Counted from the first letter of the stretch, positions 26,987-40,332 are shown. The stretch is 64,000 bases of DNA from Mobula birostris (GCF_030028105.1 NC_092397.1:26670630-26734629); one strand, 5' to 3'. Program-made: numbers and translations. The notes: generated by a model from the sequence alone, not told the origin.

Positions 26987-27054
26987 GTCGGCGACTCTGG
27001 AAAATGCTTCTCACAATCAGACTGAATGAGAACTGAAGCGAAAGGCGGCGGCCC

Positions 27055-27140
27055 AGAGCAATTTAAAGACAGCGAGCGGACGGGGCGGAGACATCCTGCT
27101 GTCAGCTCCCGGAGACTTCATTTTTCTGTGTTTCTCTCTC
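27055..27140 (-). promoter_or_regulatory. Histone H1 promoter
   Basis: H1 (AC) box AAACACA at 27133-27127, GC box ~27082-27089, TATA-like TTTAAAT at ~27067-27061. Confidence 0.75.
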
Positions 27141-27534
27141 CTCAAAAACTCTCCGATTCCAATTAAAATCGGACACTCCAGAGACTGAGACTGGTCCTTG
27201 TCCGTCACTGAGGCCCGAAAGTTCGCTGGAAAGAGAGTTTAATCGGGATTAAAGGCAGCACTTTCTATTTTAACCCGTTTGATTACTGCACTGCCCGCGA
27301 TCTGTCTCCATTTTGTTGACCTGTTCTCTGCTTTTCGGCTGAAATTTTGAAACTAACTAAAACTTTGCGGTTAATTCCCGCTTCGGGACTGAGCTGGGGA
27401 GTGGGGCGATCCCATAACAGAGAAATCTTTTCTTTTTGTACAGGAGGCGCTGGGAAATCTGGCGATGTGTTCGGACCCACAAACACAGTGATACTCGTCT
27501 AATCCGCCCGCCGCTTTAAAACACTCTCTCTGAA

Positions 27535-27685
27535 TCAGCAAGTCAGGCAGCATCAATGCTGAGAATGAACAGTCGACATTTCGGGCCGAGTCCCTTCATC
27601 AGGACTCTGGTGGGAGATGCTGCCTGACTTGCTGGGTTCCTCCAGCATTTTGGCCGCGTTGTTCGCCATTCCCAGAATCTCTTGT
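27535..27685. mobile_element. Short PLE terminal-repeat insertion with inverted arms
   Basis: cagcaagtcaggcagcatc ... gatgctgcctgacttgctg inverted repeat surrounding a hammerhead motif. Confidence 0.75.
27570..27606 (-). ncRNA. Minimal type I hammerhead ribozyme motif (PLE-associated)
   Basis: AGTC-CTGATGA-A-GGG actcgg CCC-GAAA-TGTC-GACT: stem I AGTC/GACT, both core boxes intact, GUC cleavage triplet. Confidence 0.75.
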
Positions 27686-27849
27686 CGTTATGCTGACACA
27701 ATGTTCACATCTGCACCTTCAGAGGCCTGTACTGCTGTCAGAACAAAACGACAGGTTCCTCGTCATATAACACGGTGATAAATCTGATTCTGATTCCAAG
27801 GAATAAAGGACAAAGGACATTGTCTGGCCAAACTGACTATGTAACTGAG

Positions 27850-30770
27850 AACCTCGGGTCCGGGAAATATACCTTGGAAATCTTTTCTACACTTTCCCCA
27901 GTTTAACCACGTTTCCTATAATGGTGACAAGAGCTGTATACAAATCGGCAAGTGTGGCCTCCAGTCATTTACACAACTGTGACATAATGTCACAACTGAT
28001 ATACTCTATCCCCTGACTAATGAAGACCAGCATGTTAAACCCCGTTCTTCACCACCCTGTCTGCAAGTGACACAACTTTCAATGAACTGTGTTCACTTTA
28101 CCCCTAAATCTCTCCGGCCCATTCCAGTCCCCAATGACCGATCTTTCATAGTGTAAGTTCTACACTGGTTTGACTTTCCAATATGCACCGCCTCACACTT
28201 ATCTGTATTGAAATGCATTTGCCACACTTGACCCTCTTCCCTAAGTGATCATGAGCACCCTGTAATCCGCGACATCCTTCTAAGTAAAGTTGAGGGAAGT
28301 TACTCCAACTCATTAATAAAACTTTTGTGCACTGGCATTGATCAGTGAAGGTGATTAGTATCAATTTCAAAATCAAGTTCATTATCACGGACATATGTCA
28401 TTAACTTTGTTGTTTTGCTACAGCAGTACAGAGCAATTTCTAAAAAAAACAGTTAAAATAAGAAATACAGAATAAACTAAATCGTGTAAAAAGAGGATCA
28501 GGGAGGGGTGTGAGTCCGAAGATGAGAATAGGAAACCTAAAACCTTGTCCATTCTTGCCTCTTTTACTCTTCATATATCTGAAAATAAATCTTTTTGTAT
28601 CTTGTTTCTATTATTGGCCAGTTACTTTCATAATTCATCTGACTTCTGCATATTGTTATTATAGTTCTGTTTTTTTTTTAAGTTTCCCATTCCTTTAGCT
28701 TCCCATTAATTTTGGTGATATTCTTTGCCCTCTCATGTTCTTTTATGCTGCCTTTGTCTTCTGTTGGATGGTTGCCTCATCCTCCCTTTTAAATACTGTT
28801 TCTGCTGAGGGATGAACTGATCCTGTGTCTGCCAAATTTCTCCTGGAGACTGAAACTTTTCATACAAGGTAATCTGGGAAAGTTGAAATGCCCAACTGCT
28901 GTAAGCTTGTTCCCATTACCCCTCTGTGTGATTTACTAATATGTCTGCTGCACAATATCTGAGCCAATTGGGAGGCTGGTAGTATAATCCCATCAAAATC
29001 ATCATTCATCATTTTATTTAAAACCTATACTTACAAGACCTCATCAAAACCCCTCTTATTACACTTGTTGGTCTCCTTATTCAAAGATGCAACATCCCCC
29101 ACCCATAAGGTAGCTTTTAAATGTTTCCCCTTCATCTTAAACAATTACCCTGTAAATTTAGGCTTCCCTACCCTACAAAAAGAGTGCTCACCTACTGATT
29201 TTGTAAACCTCTGGACGGTCACCAGACAGCTCCTTACTCTCTCAGGAGAGAGAAAGAGAGTCCCAGTCTGTCCAGCTTCTGCTGATAATTAAAGTCCCCC
29301 AGTGTCAGTAACATTCTCATCAAACTTCCCTCCACACTTGCCAGCTTCATGACATCTTTCCTGCAACTGGATGACCAGAACTGTGCAAAATACAGTCTGG
29401 TCTCACTTTGACTTTTACAGCTGTCATACGGCATCCCAAATTCTCTACTCAGTTCCCTGATCAATGAAGACAAATAGGCCAAACACCACCTTCACTATCC
29501 TGACTACCTGTGTTGTCTCTTTCAGTGAATGATGTTTCTGTATTTCATGGCCCTCTTCTGTAATACTCTCCAAGGGACAAGAATTTACTGTGCAGATCCT
29601 TCCCTGGTTGAACTTCTCATAATGCAACACCTCAAACTTGTCCACATCAATATCCTTCTGCCATTTTTTGGCCGACTTCCCCAGTTAATCTCCATCCTAT
29701 TGTACTCTCACACAATCTTCACAGTCCACACTACCACCAACATTGCTGTCATCTGCAAACTCACTGTCACTACAATGTCAGAAAATTGTTAATGTAGATG
29801 ACAATTGACAGTACCAGCACCGATCCCTGTGACTGTCACTGGTCAGAGGCCTCCAACCTGAATAACAAGCTGCCACGACCACCCTCTGTCTCCTTCCACC
29901 AAGACAAGTATCTTGTCTGGCATCCCCTCTGCTCTAAATGTGTAATACAAAAGAAATAAAGATTAAATCAAAATATATCTACCTGTGGCCTACATCTCTC
30001 AGAAGAGACGAAACCTGAACTCCCCACTCCAATTCTGGCCCACTCATACAATGACCGCTCTGGTTAAGTCTAACTTCTTTTTATTGGATCTTGCCACGTT
30101 CCAAATTATGGGCAATCAAACATTTCCTCGGGAACTGTGACATGCAAAATGTGCCAACTGCCCAGGTTCACTTCATCAAACTCCCTCTCCTTTCACATAA
30201 TCTGATGACTGTGTGGGACTGTGGCACTCAAAACTGTGGACTACAGGAAACCAGAGTACATGCCTGCACTGTTCTACAAGGCCACAAATGATTAAAAAAA
30301 CATTGTATAACAAACACTGGAATTCCCCAACTGAGATGAATGGGGAGGCCGGATAACTGAAAAGATTCAAAGAGAAGGAAGATAAATGTTTTGTAAAATC
30401 AGGGAAGTGGGATTGACATACAAGGAAGGCTGATGGCAGATCAGACTTTATATGGAATTGTGGGTGAGGGACGAAGAGGACACACTGGAGGGTTCATCCA
30501 GTGGGACAATGTGGATAGAGCTCAGGATAAGAGAGGTGCATTCACTGATGGGGTTATACCACAGGCCTCCCAAATGCCGGCAGGAGATAAAGGAACAGAA
30601 ATGTAGCAGGTAATGAAAGATGTAAAAGCAACAGGGTAGTTGCAGTGGGTGACTAATTTCCCCAATGTTGACTGGGACTCCCTTAGAGTCAGGGGCTTAG
30701 ATATCACCGAATATGTTAGAAGAATACTGGGATGTTACTTAACATAGAAGTGGATAGTCTAACCCGGGAA
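27850..30770. mobile_element. Old CR1 fragments, mostly minus strand
   Basis: Remnants such as YFAQFWSS..RKDVMKL, KFEVLHY, and gtttgcagatgac (FADD) on the minus strand. Confidence 0.55.
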
Positions 30771-30784
30771 GGGAGCCATAGAAA

Positions 30785-31412
30785 CATAGAAAATAGGTGC
30801 AGGAGTAGGCCATTCGGCCCTTCGAGCCTGCACCGCCATTTATTATGATCATGGCTGATCATCCAACTCAGAACCCCGCCCCAGCCTTCCCTCCATACCC
30901 CCTGACCCCCATAGCCACAAGGGCCATATCTAACTCCCTCTTAAATATAGCCAATGAACTGGCCTCAACTGTTCCTGTGGCAGAGAATTCCACAGATTCA
31001 CCACTCTCTGTGTGAAGAAGTTTTTCCTAATCTCGGTCCTAAAAGGCTTCCCCTCTATCCTCAAACTGTGGCCCCTCGTTCTGGACTTCCCCAACATCGG
31101 GAACAATCTTCCTGCATCTAGCCTGTCCAATCCCTTTAGGATCTTATACGTTTCAATCAGATCCCCCCTCAATCTTCTAAATTCCAACGAGTACAAGCCC
31201 AGCTCATCCAGTCTTTCTTCATATGAAAGTCCTGCCATCCCAGGAATCAATCTGATGAACCTTCTTTGTACTCCCTCTATAGCAAGGATGTCTTTCCTCA
31301 GATTAGGGGACCAAAACTGCATACAATACTCCAGGTGTGGTCTCACCATGGCCTTGTACAACTGCAGTAGTACCTCCCTGCTCCTGTACTCGAATCCTCT
31401 CGCTATAAATGT
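30785..31412 (-). mobile_element. Young 5'-truncated CR1 insertion with TSD CATAGAAA
   Basis: Long stop-free ORF 30930..31424 (LYKAMVRPHLEYCMQFWSP...TRGHSLRI); intact 3' UTR; CATAGAAA at 30777-30784 and 31413-31420. Confidence 0.9.
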
Positions 31413-31419
31413 CATAGAA

Positions 31420-34400
31420 AACATTGTATTGGGAAAAGAGCCTGGCCATTGATAGAAGTTTCATTTTGGGAACAGTAAATAAGGACAAGACTGGACCCGG
31501 TGGTAATATGGTCATTTGGGGTACAGTTAATTGCAACTGTCTACATTGAACATGTAAATGATGTTTAAAAGCAATCGGGTCAGAATTCAGACAGAACTGT
31601 TTCTATGAGGAGGAAACACAAGGATGGTAAAGTCTGGCAGAGGGGCATAGTGAGAGATGTTATGAATTCAGACTGAAAGAAAATGAAGGATAAGGAATAT
31701 TTCAGAAGTAGAAATTGGAGAAAGCCTCTGGCAACATGAAACAAGTAAGAGAGAAGTTAGAGAGAGAATCAGAAGTGTGAAACGGGAAGAAGAAATAACT
31801 TTGGTGAGAAGGGGCACTGCGGAGAGGGTACGACAACACAAGCACAGAGGAGAGAGTTTATGTCTGAAGTGTGCGAGGGACCAAACCAGTACTTCTCATC
31901 AGTATTCATCAGTGTGGTCATGGAGGATAGTGAGATCAGAGAAGGGAATGCTGATATTCCAGGGCATGTTGTTCCTCAGGCAATAGAGACAAATTATAGA
32001 CTGGTGAGTCTTGGATCAATGTTTGGGAAATTATTCGAGAATATTATTAGAGATAGGATCTCTAATAAAAGTTTGGAGGGTAAAAGGAGGATATCATGAT
32101 TCAGAAGGCAAAGTGAGCAAAATCCAAGAGATTCTCTTGGTATATTCATAGGAAAAGTTAAGTTAGACACAGAATCACCCTTGGAGGTGAACATGGCCAT
32201 CTGTGTGTGGAGGCAAATGAAATAGGAGAGGCTTTCCATGAATATTTCTGACAGTTATTTCACCATTGCAAAAATTCTTTAAGGTTGTTAAATCTCCAGG
32301 GCTTTATCAGGTACATTCTCGTACTTTGTGGGAAGCTGGAGAATACACTGTGGAGGCCAGGGGGGAGATTATTTTGCTTCATCTCAGGCACCAGTTGAGG
32401 TTGCACATGATTGGACAGGGTGACTAATGTGGAATTGATAGTTTTGAGGCCCAGACTGTGGATGATATGAAGAGGCAGGCTGTGTTGAGGAAGCAGGGAG
32501 TCTGCAGTAGCACTTGGACAGATTTGGAGAATGGACAAGGAAGTGCCAGATGAAATACAGTGTAATGAAGTGTGTGGTCATGTACTCTGGTAGGAGGAAT
32601 AACAGCCTAGGCTCTTTCTAATCAGGGAGAGAACAGAAATCAGTTGTGTGAAGGGTCTTAGTGCACGATTCCCGAAAGGTTAATGCACACATTGAGTTGG
32701 TAGTGAGGAAGGCAAATGTAATACTTGCATGCATTTCAAGAGAACGAGAAAATAAAACAAGGATCTAATGCTGAGGCTTTGGTCAGACCTTATTTGGAGT
32801 ATCATGAGCAGGCTTGGGTAACTTTTCTAAGAAAGGATGTGCTGGCATTGCAGAGGCTGTAGTGGAAATTCACGAGAATGAGCCCAGGACTGAAAGAGTT
32901 AGGATGTAATAATCATTTGATAATCTGGGCCTGCAGTCACTGGAGTCTAGAAGAATGAGGGAGAATCTTATAGAAACACATTGAATATTGAACGGCCTAG
33001 ATAGCATTGATGTGAGAGGATGTTTCCAATAATGGAGGAATCTAGAACCAAACCACACCCGCAATAAAAGATGCCCCTCTAGAATAGAGATGAGTAATTT
33101 CTCTAGTCAGAAGGTGATGAATCAATGGATTTCATTTCCACAGGCAGCCATAAAGGCAGTCAGTGGGTTTATTTAAAGCAGAGGTTAGTAGATTTTTAAT
33201 TATTATTAAGGGTATCAAAGTTTATGGGTAGAAGGCAGGAGAATGGGGTTGAGATGGATATATGATGGAATGGCAGAACAGACTGAATGGGCCAAAAGGC
33301 CTAATCCTGCTCCTGTGACTTCAGGACTGATGGTTTATGCGCTGCCATTGTTCAAAAAGGGTAGTGGAAACTACAGGCCCATCAGTCTGTAATTTGTTGG
33401 AGGAGTTTCTGAAGAACAGGATCCAGCAAAATTTGGTTTGATTCAAGACAGTCAGCACAGTTTTGTGCAAGGAAAATTATGTCTGGTAATTTCTTGCAGC
33501 CCTTTGAGGGGTTTCACAAGGACGTAGATGAGGTTAGGGCTGTGGATGTTGTTTATATGGACATTAGCCAGGCCTTTGACTATAGTCTGGAAGGTTAGAT
33601 CTAGAAACTGGAATCCGGGGAGATAGTTGATCGATTCCATAATTGCCTCGGTGACAGGAGGCAGAGGCTGATGGTTGAGGGTTGTGTCTCAGACTGGAGC
33701 TGTCTGTCTAGTGGTGTGCCACTGGGTGACAGGACCTTTGTTGTTTGTAATTTATATAAATAATGTCCATGTGAATGTGTAATTCACTGAAAGTGACGTC
33801 TCAGCTAGATACGGTGGTGAAGATGGGGTTTGATCTGCTGGCCTTCATCATTCATGTCACTGAGTACAAGAGTTGAGAAGAAGTGTTGCAGATACACAAG
33901 TCTTCGGTGAGGACTGATTAAAGGAAACCATGCTGACTTTGGCCTATTTTTTCATGTGTTGCCAAGTACCCGAAAATACATCCTTGACAATTGACTCCAT
34001 CATCTTCCCAACCACTGAGATCGGACTAGCTGGCCTATGATTTGCTTTCTTCTGCTTCTCTCTCTTTAAGAGTGGATGACCTTTGCAATCTTCCTGTTCT
34101 CTGGAACCACACCAGAATCCAGAGATTATGGAAAGATTATTACTAAAACTGCCACAATCTCTTCAGCCACATCTTTCATAGAACTGGTGTAGATAATCTG
34201 GTCCAAGGGAATTTTCTACCTTCAGACCTTTCAGTTTCCCAAGGACCATCTCCCTAGTAAAGGCAAAATCACTCATTTCTGCCCCCTGATTCTCTTGAAT
34301 TTCCAGCAGACTGCTAATATCGTCCCCAGTGAAGACTGATGCACAATACTTATTCAGTTTGTCTGCCATTTTCCTGTACCCCATTACTACCTCTCCAGTA

Positions 34401-36375
34401 ACATCTTCCAATGAACCAATATCTACTTTTGCCTCTCTTTTACACTTTGTATATCTGAAGAAACTTTTGGTATACTCTTTAATACCAGTGGCTAGCTTAC
34501 CTTTGTATTCCAACTTTTCCCTCTCTTCATGACTTTTTTTGTTGCTTTTTGTTGGTTTTAAAAGTTGTAAATACTCTGAGAGTCAGGGACATCTTGGAGC
34601 AGATACAGAACAGGGGGATGGTGTTCATTCAGCCAGAGATGGTGATTCACATCGGTACCAATGGACAGGTAGAAAAGGGATGATGTCCCACAGAGAGTTA
34701 GGGAAGAAGTTATGGAGCAGAACCTGAAATGTTGTAATCTCCAGTTTACTCCTAGTGCCCTGTGGTGGTAGGGATACAAACAGAAAGTGAGAGCTAATGA
34801 ATGTGTGGCTAAGGAGCTGATACAGGGACAGGGTTTCAGGATTACGGAACATTGGAACCTCTTCTGGTGCTGGGGTGACATTTACAAGAGGGATGGTTTG
34901 CAGTTTCAGTGGAGGGCGGTCAGGATCATGAAGTTCATTGCTGCACCCTATGAGGGTTGAAACGAGATTGACAGGGGGATGTGAAACAGAACACTAGTCA
35001 CTGAATGGAGAGATTGAAGCTAAGTTAGATGCCAGGCACAGCAATATGTAATGATGGATTTTGAGTCAAATCCACATCTGACCTGGAGTTTGTTTAAAGA
35101 CCAGTGCAGTGTTTCAGGGCCAGTTTGTTCCAGTAAGAGGGAGGGTCAAGAATGGCAAGGTTCAGGAACCTTGGATGATGAGACAGGAAGTTAATTTAAT
35201 CGAGGAGGAGGAAGAAGCATAAGTAAGGCTTAGGAAGCTAGAATCAAACAGGGTGTTTGAGGACTATATTTAAAAAATAGGGGAACTCAAGAACATTCGG
35301 AGAGCTGGAAACACTGATGAAAAATCTCCGGCAAGTAGGATTGAAGATAATCCCATTGCATTCCATACATTCGCTGTGGTGAAAAGGATACCTAGGGCTG
35401 CACTTTGGGAGATCCAACATCAAGGGTGTGTACACAGTTAATGGCAGGAACATTAACAGTATTGACAAAGAGAAGGATGTCGAGGTTCAGAGACATCGGT
35501 TCCCTAAAACTGGGAGCACAGGTTGACAGGGAGGTGAAGTCGGTGTATGGCATGTTTACCTTCATCAGGCAAGGCATTGAGTTCAAGCACCAGGACATGA
35601 TGTTACAGGTTTATAAAATGCTGGTTAGGCCACATTGAGAGTATCGTGTTCAGTTCTGATCACCTCATTATAGGAAGCATGTGGAGGGTTTGGAGCAGGA
35701 TGTCTGGAGGAGGTGTGCGCTGAGGAGAGGCTCGACATGCTGAAACTTTTTGCTTCTGGAGTGGCGTTGGCTCAGGAGAGATTTGATAGAAACCTGTGGA
35801 ATTTTGTAGTCATAGTTGGTGTAGACAGCCAGTAATATTTTTCACAGAAGGCACGTATTTAAGCTCAGAGGAAGAAAGTGAAGACAACAGATTGATGGAG
35901 ACATGGAATGCACTGCCAGGGGTGGTGGCAGAGACAGAGAGCACAGGAGTATTTAAGGAAATCTTAGACAGTCACAAGTATATGTAGAGAAGGGCCAAAG
36001 GGCCACTCCTGTACTGTCCTTTGTTCTCTGAACAGCAGATGGCCCCTGGGCATGGATCCGTGCAGGAGACTGGGATATTATATCCCCAACAGAAAAATGA
36101 TTGTCGGAGGGGCAGGACCGGCAGCTCAGTTTCACAGTACAAATGCTACAGGTACGATGGAGTGGACGGGAGAGAAGAGAATGCAGAGATGTGTTTGACC
36201 AGGGAGAACATCTCAGTGGTACTTAGAGAAGACATCCCTGGGGATTGCTGCATCATGTATACTGGGACCGCCGCACTGCAAAAGGGTTGGTGGCGCAGAA
36301 TTTATTCTGTGTGTCCAGTTTTATCAATCAGTATTTAGAAGTTCCTACTAGAGACAGGACAGAACTGAACCTCCT
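31420..36375. mobile_element. Mosaic of decayed CR1 fragments (32440-33330 +, 33340-33920 +, 33920-34560 -, 34580-35990 +)
   Basis: ORF remnants KSFFRYTKCKR...LNKYCASVFT, YKMLVRPH, and CR1-type 3' ends. Confidence 0.65.
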
Positions 36376-36382
36376 TGTCGAT

Positions 36383-36466
36383 CCACCCACCCCCTCCCTT
36401 TTCTTCCTGGCACAAACAAAAGTCTGTATCAGAGCGACCCACCGCCTCACAGAGGGAGCCGCGTCT
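36383..36466 (+). pseudogene. Orphan, decayed histone H4 3' end
   Basis: cacaaacaaaagtctgtatcagagcgacccaccgcctcacagagggagccg matches the H4 3' ends at 24331-24385 and 51585-51635(-). Stem-loop is degenerate and no CDS lies upstream. Confidence 0.75.
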
Positions 36467-37019
36467 CGGGAGATCTGACCAAATAACATTTGCAACCGTC
36501 TTTGCAAATGTTCATTTATATTTCAGAGACCCAGGCGGACGAGATTTTCAGTAAATACTGTCAGTTCCATACGGTAAATGTACTTTTGCAGATAAATGTA
36601 AAGCTGCAAATCAATATTGTTCTGTGAGGCGGTGGGAATTGCTCATGAAGCGATCAGTGGGACGGTCCAGGGTCAACCCGCAATGTGAAACCCAGACAAC
36701 GCGGTTTCAGGTCATGAAGACCGGAATCGTTCAATGATCGGAGATTAAATTCACCCTCCGGGGGCTGACTCTGAAAGTTAATTTCCCCGCCCCGCAAGGG
36801 GAGAGAGCTCCATTCAGCCAGCAGAGAGGGGAAATGAGGCAGGGTGTAGCGGACCGCGTACTCTGCAGACTTATACCGATTTAATTCGCGGAAGAAACAC
36901 GACGGAAGGAGAGAAAACGTTACCAGGGATGCCTCCGATCGGGGCCGTGTCAGATACACAGCCGAGTTACTCCGAACGGTAATCACCCGCTGTTCAGCCC
37001 TTCCACAGACACTGTGAGT

Positions 37020-37035
37020 GGCTCTGAAAAGAGCC
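37020..37035 (-). terminator. Histone mRNA 3' stem-loop (H2A)
   Basis: GGCTCTTTTCAGAGCC, canonical. Confidence 0.97.
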
Positions 37036-37065
37036 TTTGGGTAAATAGGTTCAGTTTACATCGCC

Positions 37066-37630
<565 letters not shown>

Positions 37631-38253
37631 CGTAAAGGCAGAAGCGCGGAGTGTAACCATCTCCTCCCCAAAGTACTCTGAAAATTGGAAAAAGCCCGCC
37701 AAAAAAACTCATTGTTCAAATTTAATCTGAAATTAAATCATTGCTGATCTGTTTGAGGACTGGGTCTTCGTATTTCCCCCTGTTATTGAAACCGGGCACA
37801 TTTAATGTAAGTGTAGTTGATAATGGAGTGTCTGGGAACTCAAATTTCTTTCAACTCGTAAAGGAACCGAGTAAAACTGACACTCAGCTTCTGCCCGGTG
37901 CTGGTCATTGTGTAAACGTTAGCAGGTAATGGACAAACGGCTCTTCTCAAACTGTGACCAGCGGCTAGTCTGCAATTTTTTTAAAAAAACTGTTCTATGA
38001 AAGAACCGTGAAGTCGTTCCGGCCTCGAATTAAAATGAGATTCAGAGAAGTTACCTAACTCCAAATAATAAACTCCTGAACCCACAGCTAAAACAGCAAC
38101 GGGAGTGGGAGGAATGTTAAACACCAGGACTATAGGGGGAAGATGAAGCGGATATTCCAACCGCTCTTTAGCTCCTGTAAAAGCCACCACACATAAAACG
38201 TGCGCCATGTATTGCCTAAATGCTAGTACAACTCTCTCAGTGAAATCGTGAGT

Positions 38254-38269
38254 GGCTCTTAAAAGAGCC
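38254..38269 (-). terminator. Histone mRNA 3' stem-loop (H2B copy 1)
   Basis: GGCTCTTTTAAGAGCC on minus strand, followed by purine-rich GAGAGAG. Confidence 0.97.
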
Positions 38270-38300
38270 GTTGTGTTTTCGATCATCTCACTGGGGAACT

Positions 38301-38675
38301 TTACTTGGAGCTGGTGTACTTGGTCACCGCCTTTGTCCCTTCGGAAACGGCGTGCTTGGCCAGCTCCCCGGGCAGCAGCAGGCGCACGGCGGTCTGGATC
38401 TCCCGTGAGGTGATGGTTGACCGCTTGTTGTAATGGGCCAGGCGGGAAGCCTCGCCCCCGATGCGCTCGAAGATGTCGTTGACGAATGAGTTCATGATGC
38501 TCATGGCCTTGGAGGAGATGCCAGTATCGGGGTGAACCTGCTTCATCACTTTGTAGATGTAGATGGAGTAACTCTCCTTCCTCAGCCTCTTGCGCTTCTT
38601 CCCTGCCTTACCCGCTGGTTTGGGCAGAGTTTTCTTGGCGCCCTTCTTCGGAGCGGGTTTCGCTGTCTCAGGCAT
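38301..38675 (-). CDS. H2B: Histone H2B (copy 1), 124 aa
   Basis: [12 protein letters not shown]...AVTKYTSSK; ATG at 38675. Confidence 0.98.
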   Translation of the reverse strand: MPETAKPAPKKGAKKTLPKPAGKAGKKRKRLRKESYSIYIYKVMKQVHPDTGISSKAMSIMNSFVNDIFERIGGEASRLAHYNKRSTITSREIQTAVRLLLPGELAKHAVSEGTKAVTKYTSSK

Positions 38676-38724
38676 TTCAGCTGACCTCTTCAGAACCACA
38701 AATAAGCAAAACGGACCCGGAGCA

Positions 38725-38865
38725 CGAATTAAATAGGCAGCGCCCAGAGGTGTATGCTAATGAAGGATGGGATGCCTAGGTTTCTCAATGGCTATTTGAA
38801 GTAACGTTCATGCAGTAAGATAATTTGATTGGATAGCTAAAGGAATTCGTTCAACCAATCAGAAC
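38725..38865 (-). promoter_or_regulatory. H2B promoter (copy 1)
   Basis: TATTTAA (38735-38729), octamer variant ATTAGCAT (38761-38754), CCAAT boxes at 38828 and 38855. Confidence 0.75.
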
Positions 38866-39234
38866 TCGTTCTGCACTACCCAGTGTTCGTTTTGGGTAAC
38901 ACCGTGGACAGGGACCTGTCGCCGATCTGGTGAGTTGCCGCTGCCGGTTAATTCCGCAGGAAGGAAATCTAAAATACAAAATGGACCAACTACAGCGGCA
39001 GTATTCGGTCATTCGGCCCGTCGTATCTGCTAGAAAAGCAGATGGAATGAGGAAAACACACAGTTGATAATATGAAACGTTTATGTAATGAAACAGGACA
39101 GCAGGAGACCGAAGGTCAAATGGACCAGGTGAAAGATAAATTTACAGCAGCAGCATCATAAACACGTAGTATCCACGATACAGTGCTCACAAGAACTAAA
39201 CTGCTGTACAGAATTGTAAAAAGAGAAGAGAATT

Positions 39235-39341
39235 AGCAGTTAGTCCTGACAAAGGGTCTCGGCCCAAAATGTCGACTGTACCTCTTTCCCAGAGATGCTG
39301 CCTGGCCTGCTGCGTTCACCAGCAACTTTGATGTGTGTTGC
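39235..39341 (+). mobile_element. Short PLE-derived insertion with decayed hammerhead, TSD AGAGAATT
   Basis: agtcctgacaaagggtctcggcccaaaatgtcgactg...gatgctgcctggcctgctg; AGAGAATT at 39227-39234 and 39342-39349. Confidence 0.8.
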
Positions 39342-39467
39342 AGAGAATTTGAACGAGTCTCAAGACAGTCCATTGCAGTGTAAATTGATCAAAGTGGTGC
39401 TGTCTTGAGGTGGGGAGGAGCGTTGTTGGGGTTTGTTAAAGTACGTAATGTCTGTACATTACGTACA

Positions 39468-39786
39468 GGGTTCATTCTGTACCCGTCAACCTCTGGTACA
39501 GTGTGAGAGTGTGGGGTTCATTCTGTACCCGTCAGTCTCTGGTACAGTGTGAGAGTGTGGAGTTCATTCTGTACCTGTCAGTCTCTGGTACAGTGTGAGA
39601 GTGTGAGGTTCATTCTGTACCTGTCAGTCTCTGGTACAGTGTGAGAGTGTGGAGTTCATTCTGTACCTGTCAGTCTCTGGTACAGTGTGAGAGTGTGGGG
39701 TTTATTCTGTACCCGTCAGTCTCTGGTACAGTGTGAGAGTGTGAGGTTCATTCTGTACCTGTCAGTCTCTGGTACAGTGTGGGAGT
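39468..39786. repeat. Minisatellite, ~7 x 46 bp
   Basis: ttcattctgtac recurs at 39471, 39517, 39563, 39609, 39655, 39701 (variant), 39747. Confidence 0.95.
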
Positions 39787-39894
39787 TGGTACTTGGCACT
39801 GTGTCTCCCAGTCTCTCATGCAGTGTAAATGTAGAAACTTCTTTCAGATTCATCCTCACAATTGAATTATTTTTAGCTTTTTAAACAATATCAC

Positions 39895-40332
39895 ACAATG
39901 CCATGTGGCCACACATTTGTTGGAGGAACAACACCTTATGGGTGGCTTCCAACCTGACGGCATGAACATCGAACTCTTGCATTTCTGGTAATGCCTCCCA
40001 CACCCCCCCTTCACCATTTCCCATCATCTTGCCCACCCACCATCTCCCTCTGGTGCTCCTCTCCCCTTTTCTTTCTTCCATGGCCTCCTGTCTCTTTCAC
40101 TAATCAACTTCCCAGCCCCCTACAGGTTTCACACTCACCTTATTTTCTCTCTCCCCTTCCCCACCTTTTAAATCTACTCCTCAGATTTTCTCCTAAGTCC
40201 TGCCAAAGGGTTTTGTCCCAAAACAGTGGCTGTGTTTTTTTTCTATAGATGCTGCCTGACCGCTGAGTTTGTTCAGTGTTTTGTGTGTGTGGCTTGGATT
40301 TGCAGCAACTGTAGATTTTCTCCTGTTTGTGA
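39895..40332 (+). mobile_element. Penelope-like element 3' fragment
   Basis: ttggaggaacaacacctt...caacctgacggcatgaacatc (LEEQHL...QPDGMNI), pyrimidine tract, decayed hammerhead ~40196-40232, terminal repeat. Confidence 0.75.

Noticed and set aside
29995-30022. Hammerhead-like cagaagagacgaaac
   Set aside because: The core reads CAGAAGA rather than CUGANGA and leaves no room for stem II.
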